Shown here piece by piece: positions 1 to 12,188 of a DNA stretch of 64,000 nucleotides (the first letter of the stretch is position 1; the number at the start of each line of letters is the position of its first letter). Below the pieces are notes generated by a model. It saw nothing but the letters and a program-made list of their open reading frames with translations, did not search any database and was not told the DNA's origin. Where the stretch lies: NCBI GenBank assembly GCA_964035545.1, contig OZ037766.1, positions 14,312,722 through 14,376,721 on the forward strand. The letters run 5' to 3'. Origin of the DNA: Bugula neritina. Lineage: Eukaryota; Animalia; Bryozoa. A program made the translations under genes and the position numbers.

Positions 1-432
1 TATACATGATATTATATATATATAATATATATATAATATAATATATAATATAATAATATATAATATATTATTAAAAAAATATATATATATTATATATAAC
101 ATTATTATACTTGTATAATATATATATATAATATAATATAATATATAATATATAATAATATATAATATATTATTATAATATATATATATATATATTATAA
201 ATAATATAATATAATAATATATTTTATATGATATTATATATATATAATATATATAATATATATATAATATAATATATAATATAATAATATATTATATTAT
301 TATATTATATAATATATTATTATAATATATATATATTATATATAATATTATTATACTTATATAATATATATAATATAACAATATATAACATAAAAATATA
401 TAATATATTATTATAATATATATATATATATA
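1..432. repeat. Degenerate (TA)n/(TAA)n low-complexity tract
   Basis: Almost entirely A/T in TA and TAA runs. Confidence 0.9.
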
Positions 433-1494
433 ATACATGCCGAATATTTACTACAAATTTCAAAAATAGCATAAATTAAATAGTATCACCGTGCCTATTT
501 GCATCCAATTTACTAGTCTTACATTTATAGCAACTGTAACATATTTTGTGTAAAATGGTTATTGCAAGCATTATTCAATTCATATTCACATTGTAATCAC
601 AGCGAAGCTTAAACTTTATAGCTTTGTATTTACGTGCATGATTAAGTTTTAATTTTTTTTAAAATTTTATATGTATTGAAAATATGTTTAAAAACTTTAC
701 CAATAAACAAAACTAAAAAAAATGGACACATAATATAAAAAAAAAATAAAATCACAAAAGTGGCAAAATTTTTCCTTTATAACTTATATAAACTTGCGGT
801 ACCATTAGCGACATAATGATTTTTCATGGTTTAAAGTCAACACTCTTAATATACCACACTGATGAAGTACTATTGTACATGTAATATAAATGTTACTCGC
901 TACAAATCAATGATTTTTTTGATGGCCAATGACCGTTGCTTTACTAATTATAGTTACCTTGTCGGAAAACTCATATTTATTGCGATTTAAATGATTGTCT
1001 CATAATAGTGATCTCTACCATAGTTGCCCGATTAGATATCCTGTTCATTTATGAAACGATGTTAGGGCAGCTAATTCCAATTAATACTTTCACCATATCA
1101 CGTTGTGAATGGCAGCTTCAACTTTTAGGATTTTATTCCCACTCCATGAATATGCTTCAGCTTATTTATGCCTTGTGATGTCACAACTCACGTTATAGTT
1201 TATATTAGGGTACCCGATAATACGTAACTTTAATGTTAAGACACAAACTTGAGTCAAAAATGAGGATATATTATCAAGGACAGATGAGCAGTCTGTTTGA
1301 AAAGAATTCAACTTATTGGTCAACATGGTAAACAAAGAATTTGTCACAGATTTCTGTTGTCCCAGTAATTTTATTAACACAACTATAATTGAATACCATC
1401 TTTCAATTCACATTGAAGTCCTGCTAAAACATTATTTTAAATACTATTTCCAGAAAAAAAAGAGAGTGAGGTTTCATGAATAGAAAGCTAAAAG

Positions 1495-4400
1495 TTATTT
1501 CTGTAGCTTGTTGACCATCTCTTCTTTAGTTATTAGATGTGTAGATTTCTTGACAAGATTCATCAAATCCTGTATGTTTCTTGACCAGTCATCTAGTATG
1601 TCATTTGGGTTCTTTCTGCTAGCAAACTGTATGATACCATTCAATCTGTTGATCTTAGCAGAGACGGTTTTCTTGACCACCAACTTTGATAGGAACTCTT
1701 CGGTTTCCTAGTAAAATTGCTCACAGATACTAACACAAGTTTCATGCATTAATCAATGATGAGCAAGGTAGCCGCCCTTTATTATTGGCAACATTTGCTT
1801 TAATTGGTAAAGTAATAATAGGTTAGTTGATTAATTAGAAACAAACATCAAGTTGAGAAAACTGGAATAGTAACAAGAATGCATTAATTGCATAAATGGC
1901 CCAGCATAAACACATGCTACACTATCTGGAGAATTGTGCATGATCTAGAAAAGATGCTAATCTTAACTAAATTTTTAAACAATATACCAATGAAATATAA
2001 TAATTATAGGTTCACCAACAAAGCAAACGATACAAAGCACTGCTTGGTTAGGAGTAACTTGCCACAGTTGTCAACAGCCACAAGAAAGGGCGCCAGATTA
2101 TTTTGTCAACATGCAACTCTAAGCTTACAAGAGGAAAAATATCCTTCAAAAGTAAAACACAGAAACCTCCCTAAAATGAACCTTATTTAAGCGGTTGCTG
2201 GCTAACTGGCATGGCTAAGTCACACTAAACTCATCTAATGGAACATATCAGACACCACTCTTGTATTTCCTTAGTAGCAGTCAGCCTCATTATTATTTCT
2301 ACTATTTTGACTCTATTTACGCATGAAAATCCCTCAATATACAAAATAGACCTAATTGCTAGGTTGAGGAGTGATTCAATTATGAAATATTATACATATA
2401 TCCATCAACTTTCAATAAATTTCATTTCATAAAAATATCTAACCTACTTAGAAAATTAGAAATTTGCAAAATTTTCACAAAAAATTAATACGGGTGAAGA
2501 AAGATTTTTTCTCAAATTTTTCCCAAAATAAATAAAGAAGATAATAATATCTAAATCAGTGGAATATGTATAGGCTACAATTATGGAAACAAGCGAAATG
2601 ATAAAACAGTAGTTTAATCACTTTGTAATTGGTCAACATATAACATACTAAATATTAGATAAGCCAGTCATTTCCCTCCATTTGAACCAAGTTTCAAGTT
2701 GCCAATTTCAATTTTAAATGATTATTATTATTATTCAATTTGAATTTTAAATAGATGTTTCAAAAACAGAGTCAACCATTTACAACTTGACAAATTTTTA
2801 AGTTTCATATAAACACTTCGTACACTTTAGCATCCCTGTTACATTACGTATGTGTGAATGTTAAAGGTTGTAGTGCAAGTGAGTGCAACAAAAACTGGGA
2901 ATATATAATTTGTTGCAAACTTGCACAATAACAAAATACAAATCACTTTCCAGTTTACAATAAGAACTCCTGTCGGATATAGATACAATGTTTACCATTG
3001 ATAGAGTTTACAGAATACTTACATCTACACCTAAATCTAGCAGCTCAGCCATCCTTTCTATCTTCACTCTAGTATAATATTTGGCCATGACACGAATATT
3101 CTACAACAAGTAATTTACACTCCAGTATGAATGAAAAAAAAACATTTAAATAAACAACAAAACACATGGAGTCAGTTATCAGTTTTTTAAATATAGAATA
3201 CTTTTTTCATTCAATTTTCGGTAGTTCTCAGCCTTCAATTATTTAGCATTTAAGCATCTGAATACAAGGTGATAGATAGCACCATCTACTAATGGCCATT
3301 TTGTTAGAATAGAGTATACACATACGTGCTCCACAACCCTGTGCTTCAAATCACTCCATCTGCCATCCCCTAAGGTTGTATTCCGAATAAACATTGGAGT
3401 ACAAGGCTCATCTTTACTCCCGTCCCTCAATGCCTGCTCATATGTTGAACACAAATGCTGCCATCTCATTATCTCAGACGTTGTGAACAGTTTCAAAAGT
3501 TCGCTACAATCATTGATGTTGTGTTCTTGTTATTTATGTTAAACAAGAGTAAACAGTAAGATTAAGCACGTATAAGTAAGATTGGCTGTAGAGTAGAATG
3601 TATGACTGTATTGTATTGAAACTAACAAGTAACTGACATAAAAATACATGTAGATAAACAGTGACAGAATAACAACTGGCTTGTATATTGATATGGCAAA
3701 AACTGTATATAATGAGTTTAAACAAATAGACATTAGAATAAAAAGTAACCGAGCACATAAAATGTGGTATGTCATAATATGCATCTATGTGGTGTATTGA
3801 CAAGGCTAGTTCAATACATAGCACTCCTCCCTCACAAATTTAGACTTAAGAGTTATGGCTTGTACCAATCTGGCTGTCTGCGCTCTCTGGTTGGATAGCG
3901 CCTCTCATGAGGATGGACAATATTATTATCAGCTTGGGGTGTGTTGGGTACCACTGATTTGTTCATATTTGTAGATGGCAGGCGAATTTGAAGCTGATTA
4001 GCATGCCTCTTCCAGTTGCCACTGTCTGTTTGTACTATGTAGATAGCATTTCCTTGTTTTGATATAATAGTTCCTGGGATCCACTTTGGACCAGTACTGT
4101 AGTTACGAGCGTACACTAGTGAGTCAATAGTGAACTGTGTTGTCTGTGGCTTGTCATGTTTAGGGTATTTGTGATTAGTAGGTTGGAGAAGGGATAGTAA
4201 GCCTCTGGGCTGGCGGCCATGCAGGACTTCTGCAGGTGTTTTCCATTCCAAAGCAGGATGTGGAATAGTTCTGTATGATGCTAATGTAAGTCTGATACTC
4301 TCGTCTAGAGATGCTCCTCCCTCACAGTTCTTGTCCACAGAGCTTTTAAAAGTTCTGACAAATCGTTCAGCTGCACCATTTGAAGGTGGGTGGTATGGAG

Positions 4401-7400
4401 GTGACAAGACATGGTTGATGTGGAAACTGTTGCAGAAATTAGTAAATTCCTGGCTGGAAAACTGTGGGCCATTATCTGTAACTATAGTAGCAGGTACACC
4501 TTCTATAGCAAAGATATCCTTTAATACTTGTAATGTTTGGCGAGAAGTTGTCTGCCCTATTTCCATGCGTCCAATATATGGAAATTTTGAACAAGCATCA
4601 ATGCAGATAAGCCACATTTTTCCTCTAAAAGGTCCAGCAAAATCTAAATGTATGCGTTCCCATGGCTTGTCTGTCTTGGGCCAGCTTTGAAACTTCTGGT
4701 CTGGAGCAGCTGCTGACTCCTGGCATACTTCACAAGATTTTATGGCTAGCTCAATATCCGTGTTGATGGTGCTCCACCACACATAGCGGCGAGCTAGTTG
4801 CTTTACCTTGACTACACCCCAGTGTGAAGAATGAAGTGTGTCTAGTATTCTGCATTGAAGTGAACGAGGTATAACTACACGACTTGTTTGTTCGCGTATC
4901 AACAACAATACACCTTGTTCAAGTTGCAGGGAGTCACGGTGAATCCAGAAAGTGCCCAGTTCTTTGTCATCTGGTTTTGTGACTGGCCAACCTTGCTGAA
5001 TCCATGTTATGACACGTTGAAGGTGTTGATCTTTGACAGTTTCCTGTCTGACCTCATTGTATCCAGCAACAGGTGATGTAAATATTTGCTCTTGTATTGC
5101 ATGGGATATCTCCTTGTTGTCCTGCTGCTCGATCCGGTCAAAATTGCTATCAGGACCAAATGGTAACCTCGAAAGACAATCAGCATTCCCATGTTGGGAG
5201 GTCTTCCTGTACCTGATAGTAAACTGGAAACCCATCAGAGTGAGAGCCCAGCGTTGTAAACGCTGTGCTGTTAAAGTTGGAATATTTTTGCCTGGTGCAA
5301 AAATAGCAGTGAGAGGCTCATGGTCTGTGACTAGTGTAAAATGTCGACCATATAGGAATTGTCTGAACTTGGTCACACCATATATAATAGAGAGAGCTTC
5401 ACGTTCAATCTGAGAGTAGTTCTTTTGAGTGTCAGTCAATGTTTTTGAAGCGTAAGCCACTGGAACTTCTCCCTGATCAGTATCCTGCGAGAGAACAACT
5501 CCTAATCCATAGGATGATGCATCGGCTGCAAGAATTAGAGGTTTTGTCTCATCATAGTGTGTCAGGCTAGTAGCATTGATAATGCTATTCTTCAGCTGGG
5601 TAAAGGCTTGTTCACATTCATTTGACCATGTGAATGTGGTATCATTCTTGAGGAGCTTGTACAGTGGAGCTGCTTTATCCGCAAGATTAGAGATGAAGCG
5701 CCCATAGTAGTTAACCTTTCCTAGAAATGCTTGCAGTTGGTGCAAGTCCTGCGGTCGAGGTAATTGAGAGAGAGCTGCCATGGAAGCAGCTGTTGGTCGT
5801 TTGCCATCCTTGTCGATGGTGTGACCCAGATACTCAACAGAGTGCTTAAAGAATTCACACTTGTCTAATCGTATTCGTAAACCATGCTCTTGAAGTGTTG
5901 AAAGCAGGTTTGTCAGATTAGTCCAGTGTTCTTCCTCCGTTTTACCAGTAATGATTAAATCATCAAGGTATGCAGCAACTCCTGGTAATTTTTGAGTCAA
6001 GGTATCCATACACCGTTGAAACTGAGCTGGACCAGGGGCAATTCCAAAGCACATTCTATTATATCGGTATAATCCGAATGGAGTGTTTATCACACACAGC
6101 TGTTTGGCATCATCTTCTAGCTCAAGTTGTAGGTAAGCATCAGCCAAGTCAAGTTTGGTGAAGAATTTACCTCCTCTAAGCCTGTTCATTAAATCATCCA
6201 GTTTTGGTAGTGGATGCTGATCTATGGAGATGCACTGATTGAGTCGCTTGAAATCTCCACAGATGCGAACTTTGCCAGACGGTTTGGTAACCACTACTAT
6301 AGGAGCGGCCCAGTTACTGAAGTTAATACGTTGTATGACACCTTCAGCTTCAAGCCTGTTTAATTCAGCCCTAGTGGCCTCATGTTGAGAATAGGGGATT
6401 TCTCTAGGTTTAGAAAAACAAGGTTTATGTTCTGATTTGAGGTAAATTGGTACTTTGAATGTTTTACAATGTCCTATTCCAGGTTTGAAAACATCGGGAT
6501 ATTTTGTTGTGAGAACTTTGACCTTGGTATCAACATTGTGTACCGCGTTAGTAACCTCGGTGTCACTGTCTACAGCAGATAGACCCTGTTGTGATAGTCC
6601 AAAACTGTCACTCCAGTCTACACCCAGTAAGTTGACACCTTCATCTGAGTCTACTATTAATAATCGAAGATTGTTTTTTGTAGTCTGACCAATGGTTACT
6701 GTTACATAGCATTCACCACAAACCTGCATAGCGGTATTTCCATATGAATGAAGGGTCGTGTCTGTCTGTTGATATGGTGGAGAGCCTAGGGCTTCGTAGC
6801 CTTTGTTCCCTACCATAGAGCAAGTAGCGCCTGTGTCCCACTGAAATTGTGTTTGTTTGTTGTTCACAGTAGTGTTAATCCATATTTGTTTCCCCTTGCG
6901 TTCATATATATTGTAAACACTACTTGAAGATTTTTCTACGAAGTGAGAGTTGTTCCCACTTGATTTTGATGAAGTTTTGCAGACGCTAGAAATATGTCCT
7001 GTTTTGTTGCACAGCTTACATTGTTTGTTACGGTGAGGACATTGTTTACGATCGTGGCTAATGTAGCATTGTGTACACGATTTCAACTTGGAAGGCTGTG
7101 TTGGCATAGCAGTATGGTTTTCAGACTTGTGAAATTGTGGTCTCTTGCCCTGACTACCTTTGTTTTGACGTTTGTATGTTGAGGACATTTGATTTGTGGT
7201 AACAGGTGTAGAGGTCTCACCCTTCAAAACTTTATCAGTTTCTGCTGTTTGAATGTATGTAGCTGCCTTCTTTAACACATTTTCCAGTGTAGGATCTGGA
7301 TCCAATAAGCATTGTCTACGTACATCAGCATGTGGAGTTTCTTTAATAATTATGTCACGGATTTGATCATCAACATAACTTTCACCACAGTCTTCCTTTT

Positions 7401-10400
7401 TACAGGTAAAATTGCAGTTACGAGCTAAACCCCGTAAATCAGCTGCCCAATCTGAGTATGACTGGTTAGGTTTCATTTTACAGTTATAAAACTGATATCT
7501 AGCTGCTTGCACATGTTTTGTTTCAATAAAATGTGTGCTAAGCTTACCTGCTAGATTATCGAACGACATGGTAGTTATGTCCTCCGAGCCATACAGTTTT
7601 GTTAGCAATTCATAACATTCTGAGCCAATCCATGAAAGTAAGCAAGCTCGTTTCTGTTCACTGTCACTTACGTTGTAAACGGTAAAGTGTTGATTGAGCC
7701 GCTGTAAATACTGAGTCCATGATTCCTTGTCTCTGTCATAAGAGTCGAATCTAGGCACAGTTACAGATTTATTTTGTGCAGGTTCACCAGGCTTTACAGC
7801 TGTAGTAAATTGTCCCAGTATTTGAGCGAATTGCTCCATCTGCTGCTGCTGTTGTTGCTGCATTATTGTTACAAGTTGTTTTATAACTTCCTCCATTTCA
7901 AAATGATGTGGTTGTATTTATCCCACTTCTGACACCAGTTGTTGTGTTCTTGTTATTTATGTTAAACAAGAGTAAACAGTAAGATTAAGCACGTATAAGT
8001 AAGATTGGCTGTAGAGTAGAATGTATGACTGTATTGTATTGAAACTAACAAGTAACTGACATAAAAATACATGTAGATAAACAGTGACAGAATAACAACT
8101 GGCTTGTATATTGATATGGCAAAAACTGTATATAATGAGTTTAAACAAATAGACATTAGAATAAAAAGTAACCGAGCACATAAAATGTGGTATGTCATAA
8201 TATGCATCTATGTGGTGTATTGACAAGGCTAGTTCAATACATAGCAATTGAGAAAATATACAAACAAGTTTATGTAAACAAAAAATATTATACATCATAT
8301 TATTGGTACGTACGTTTTCTTAGATAAAAATGTATAATTGCGATAAATATTAACAAGTCTTCTACCACCTAGAGCTTTAAGTATCATTCATTATAAAGCT
8401 CAATATTTAATTAGCATACATTACAATTTAAATGAAAATATGTGTATTGAGTTATAAGCATGCCAAAGCACGATTAGAATGAATTATAATATTAAGTTAA
8501 ATGACAGTTTTTAACGATGTTTCTATTTCTCCACAGTTTATACTTCAAAATATATTTTTTCAAGAGAATACAGTGGATAGAAACAGTAATTCTAAGTTTC
8601 TAACAACAATACATATGTAGGTATGCATATCTATATAACTACCTGTATATTGGAATGTCTTCCAGTGCCTTTTCACTCTTAATTCTGTGTATCAGATCTG
8701 CTTGCTCATTATCATATGGAGCCAAGACTATACACAGCACCACACATTTTAGAGCCTGCAAAATCATACTTAAAGTCCGTGACAACATTCAACAAGTAGA
8801 GTATACGTAAACCTAAAATGCATATAATAAAGCCACAAAGTTACATTGTGTTTATATAAACTACTTCTTCATCATGATGGCTGCTTGCCAAAGCAACTAA
8901 CTGGAATATATTTGATAGCCAACTTGTTACGTGATAAAAACTTTGAAACTTCATGCCACTCAGTTATTACGGACAGGCTACTATGTTAAGAATTAAACAT
9001 ACAACAAGATAAATTACAGGTTCAATTGTATTTTCTGTTAAACACTAGTATGATTAGACAAGTACATATTATTCCTTACCATGTGCTTGTCTGCCACACT
9101 GTCTTGCACTTTCTTTGTGTCATATATAGCTCTGAAGTGTTTACACATTTCAAGATATGCTCCATCTTGTTCATTTAACTCAATCATTTGTCTGTAATAT
9201 TTGAGCTTCAAATCCTGTATTTAAAAATATCAATATAGTAAAATATACATGCTGAAAGGATCTACTGCAGCAAGAGACAACACTAAGGTTTTTATTGGGC
9301 TCGCCATAAATTTGTCTATCAATACAATTTCAATTATTTTGAAAAGAGTAGTTTCAAAATTTCAAATCGGTAAAAATGAGTGCTTGTTACCTTTAATACT
9401 ATTGATAAACATCCCTAAAAGTCTATTATAAAAGTATACACATTTAAAGTTAACAAGGAAGGAGATACAAAAACTTACATCTACATTTTCTTTGTTGGTG
9501 AAGAAACGGGTGTTTATCTTCTTGCTAATAATAGAGGTACGAATGTAATCCTTTTTCGCGAGACAGAGCCTCATTTGCTCTAAAATAAATTCCACTTTCT
9601 CAGTTTTCTCCATGGAGCCGAAAGTTTCCACCTGTGGTACATGATACATTTACTGCGGGGCAGAACAGTAACAGTACATGAATATTTTATAACCAACAGA
9701 CTACACAGACTGGCATATAGTTAACGACAGCACAACAGTTGGTAGAAAGACAGTCAGCGTGGAATCAAATGAGAACACCATCCATTCACAATGTGACAAT
9801 TCACAATGTAATACGACAAAGTTTCCAGTCATTCAAGTAAGTGAGTTAAAACAGTCACAAGTTGATCAAAAAGTTGTGCTGACCACCAAAGCTGTGTTTT
9901 GTTTCAATGCAGAGTCTGATATTTCCCCATCACAACTTGGTGCTGAGTGTTTTCTAGAAATCATGATAGCAAAGTTGATGCACACACTTTACCTGTAACT
10001 CTTGCAAAACATTGGCTGCTTCAGTAATGTTTCCTTGTTGCTCCCGAATACCAGCCAGTGTGCGAGTTAACCTCGCTCTTTCAATTTCCACATATATCTA
10101 AAAAATATTTCACAATCAAACTTAACCATGAAAATGGCTTACCACGATTATAATGCAATACAAAAAATTAGGCAAAAGCAAGACTGAAATTATGTATACC
10201 TTTCCAGATGTAACAGTTATTAATGTGTCAATAAGTTTCAATTTGACATCCATGTCACTGATAAGATCCACATATGTGTAGGCTTCTTGTATCATCTTGG
10301 TTACAGCCTACAGACAAAAAAATATAACAAATATTTCTATTTCAAACAGATATAACTAAATTTTCGAGATTTTCAAAACTGCAGATTTACTACATGAAGC

Positions 10401-12188
10401 CTGAAATGTGTTGAGGAAATGAAAATGGAAAGTAGAGTCACTCCATCTGTACAATTTCGATATTGCAAACATGTTTCATAATTTTAGTTACTCTGCGAAC
10501 ACATCTAACACATATAAGCAAGAAGCAAACAAGTTTGAAGCTACAATTTGGGAGATACTGAATAATCAAACGCAAAATGATCAAATTGCTAAGCAAAACC
10601 AGTAACTCCATGTTTTTGAAGCTGATACTTCTATTTAGTAAAAATTTAATCTTTTAAACTAACAAATTACTGCAACAGACAAGTTTCAAAGATAAGAGAT
10701 TTCAGCCAATACCAAGCTAAATCCTGCATATGCATACATACACTTACTGCAGTGTGGAATAAGTCTATATTTTCCACCCATGAACTCGAAATTGAAAGAG
10801 TACCAACTCACCTGTTTTAGTTGTCCTCTTCGCTTAGTTAGTAAAACAATGTTCTCATTTAGTGCTGTGAAATCTTTAGCTTCATAACATATTTTAACAA
10901 TGGCTACAAGTAGTTTGGCAGTAGAATGCATATCTGCTGCTGTTCTGGTCAGTTTTTCAAGACTTAATAGAGTCTCCACAGCTTCTGTTAAATTGCCCAA
11001 CTGCAAAAAAAATCAATAACAAAAATAATTAACATATGGTATTATGATTCCATTTGTAAAGGCATAACTAGTGAGTTAATATGACCAGTAGTAACCAAGA
11101 ATTGTCAATAATTACTAGTTATACAAAAGGTCAAACTAAATTTATCAATTATAACCATGTATTCTAAATTACAATGATAACCAGTAACCTGAACTCAAAC
11201 ACAAATATTTACAGCGTAAATTAAATTTATTATTTTTGATTTATAATAATAGATAATAGATAAATTAATGATAATTGCATCAGGACCAAATAGCCTTTTT
11301 ATCATTATAACTATTGTGCTTAGTAATATCTCTCCTTCATTATTTGTTTTTATCTTCTTACTGATACTTATATTCATAGTAATACTCTAATAGACATAGT
11401 GCAACTGTAAGTGATATTTATAGAACTACATTGGTATACTTATAGTTATAGTTATTAACTTATAGGTTTAGTTTTACTTTTACCATTGCTGTTGTCTGCT
11501 AATATTACTATTAGTGTTACTATTAATATTACTATTGATAAATTTTATTATTTTCTGCTTTTGAGTTTGTAATTACTAATTGTACTTCCAGTACAAGCTG
11601 CCCATGGACATTGAATAGCAAATAAAATAGCAAACAATTAATGTTAGGGTAAACTTGAACTTAATCATGGTGGTCAGCCACATTCACACTCACAGTAATT
11701 GTGAGTGTGACACTCACACTGGCATTCACTTTCAGCTTTCCATTCAATTTCATTTTCAATCTGGAAGTGGATTGCCAGTTTCAGTTTGAGTTTCAGTTTG
11801 GACTTTGTTAATGTTTCGACTTTAAATTTCGACTTAGTCTCATACAGGGTTAAAGTTTTAGGAAAAAAAGTAGACAAAAGTTATGAGATTTAATTCCGTT
11901 TTCTCAAATAAACTAATATTATATTAAAATTTTAATATAAATACAAATTATATATAATTTTTATTTTAAATTAAAATTTAATGACGAAGGAAATTTGAAC
12001 ATCAAATATTGCGTTTTTCGATATAGAAACTCCAGAGCGGTACATCAATAAACTTATTACGTATGTTTACATAATCTGTTACAAGTAGTTGCACTTACTT
12101 TGGCCGATTCTTCACATAGTGGTATCTTTTCATCCACTGTGGAACTATAATCCACTTCCATCTTTTGAAGTTTACCTTCATGAGCCAT
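1495..12188 (-). CDS. PSMD12: 26S proteasome non-ATPase regulatory subunit 12 (Rpn5), 10 exons, ~453 aa
   Basis: Exons 12099-12188, 10812-11000, 10200-10307, 9993-10097, 9479-9631, 9080-9214, 8643-8755, 3326-3503, 3023-3100, 1495-1707; all GT-AG and phase-consistent. Motifs [76 protein letters not shown] match Rpn5/PSMD12. Confidence 0.96.
3517..3823 (-). repeat. 3' LTR (307 bp)
   Basis: Direct repeat of 7940-8246 with no difference seen; preceded on the element strand by PPT GAGGGAGGAG (3824-3833). Confidence 0.95.
3853..7896 (-). CDS. Gag-Pol polyprotein, 1347 aa, uninterrupted
   Basis: Zn knuckles [13 protein letters not shown] and [14 protein letters not shown], protease WDTGA, RT YLDD, RNase [14 protein letters not shown], integrase HHCC and DDE core ([19 protein letters not shown]). 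Confidence 0.95.
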   Translation of the reverse strand: MEEVIKQLVTIMQQQQQQQMEQFAQILGQFTTAVKPGEPAQNKSVTVPRFDSYDRDKESWTQYLQRLNQHFTVYNVSDSEQKRACLLSWIGSECYELLTKLYGSEDITTMSFDNLAGKLSTHFIETKHVQAARYQFYNCKMKPNQSYSDWAADLRGLARNCNFTCKKEDCGESYVDDQIRDIIIKETPHADVRRQCLLDPDPTLENVLKKAATYIQTAETDKVLKGETSTPVTTNQMSSTYKRQNKGSQGKRPQFHKSENHTAMPTQPSKLKSCTQCYISHDRKQCPHRNKQCKLCNKTGHISSVCKTSSKSSGNNSHFVEKSSSSVYNIYERKGKQIWINTTVNNKQTQFQWDTGATCSMVGNKGYEALGSPPYQQTDTTLHSYGNTAMQVCGECYVTVTIGQTTKNNLRLLIVDSDEGVNLLGVDWSDSFGLSQQGLSAVDSDTEVTNAVHNVDTKVKVLTTKYPDVFKPGIGHCKTFKVPIYLKSEHKPCFSKPREIPYSQHEATRAELNRLEAEGVIQRINFSNWAAPIVVVTKPSGKVRICGDFKRLNQCISIDQHPLPKLDDLMNRLRGGKFFTKLDLADAYLQLELEDDAKQLCVINTPFGLYRYNRMCFGIAPGPAQFQRCMDTLTQKLPGVAAYLDDLIITGKTEEEHWTNLTNLLSTLQEHGLRIRLDKCEFFKHSVEYLGHTIDKDGKRPTAASMAALSQLPRPQDLHQLQAFLGKVNYYGRFISNLADKAAPLYKLLKNDTTFTWSNECEQAFTQLKNSIINATSLTHYDETKPLILAADASSYGLGVVLSQDTDQGEVPVAYASKTLTDTQKNYSQIEREALSIIYGVTKFRQFLYGRHFTLVTDHEPLTAIFAPGKNIPTLTAQRLQRWALTLMGFQFTIRYRKTSQHGNADCLSRLPFGPDSNFDRIEQQDNKEISHAIQEQIFTSPVAGYNEVRQETVKDQHLQRVITWIQQGWPVTKPDDKELGTFWIHRDSLQLEQGVLLLIREQTSRVVIPRSLQCRILDTLHSSHWGVVKVKQLARRYVWWSTINTDIELAIKSCEVCQESAAAPDQKFQSWPKTDKPWERIHLDFAGPFRGKMWLICIDACSKFPYIGRMEIGQTTSRQTLQVLKDIFAIEGVPATIVTDNGPQFSSQEFTNFCNSFHINHVLSPPYHPPSNGAAERFVRTFKSSVDKNCEGGASLDESIRLTLASYRTIPHPALEWKTPAEVLHGRQPRGLLSLLQPTNHKYPKHDKPQTTQFTIDSLVYARNYSTGPKWIPGTIISKQGNAIYIVQTDSGNWKRHANQLQIRLPSTNMNKSVVPNTPQADNNIVHPHERRYPTRERRQPDWYKP
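7920..7937 (-). other. Primer-binding site, tRNA-Leu (CAA/CAG type)
   Basis: TGGTGTCAGAAGTGGGAT 2 nt after the 5' LTR; complementary to the tRNA-Leu 3' end ATCCCACTTCTGACACCA. Confidence 0.85.
7940..8246 (-). repeat. 5' LTR (307 bp)
   Basis: Direct repeat of 3517-3823; followed by the PBS. Confidence 0.95.

Larger units (their letters stand above)
3517..8246 (-). mobile_element. Complete Ty3/Gypsy LTR retrotransposon (Mag-like) in PSMD12 intron 7
   Basis: Two 307-bp TG...CA LTRs, 5-bp TSD ATTGA (3512-3516, 8247-8251), tRNA-Leu PBS, PPT, single gag-pol ORF in PR-RT-RH-IN order. Mag assignment is inferred from the 5-bp TSD, two Zn knuckles and single ORF. Confidence 0.96.

Noticed and set aside
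487-517. Possible Helitron 3' end (CCGTGC...CTAG-T) after the AT tract
   Set aside because: Hairpin too degenerate and no 5' end visible.
2046-2230. Weak inverted repeat in PSMD12 intron 9 (similar one near 8875-8985)
   Set aside because: Too many mismatches to define TIRs or a TSD.
3534-8298. Duplicated 81-113 aa hydrophobic ORFs
   Set aside because: They lie in the two LTRs; duplication reflects LTR identity.
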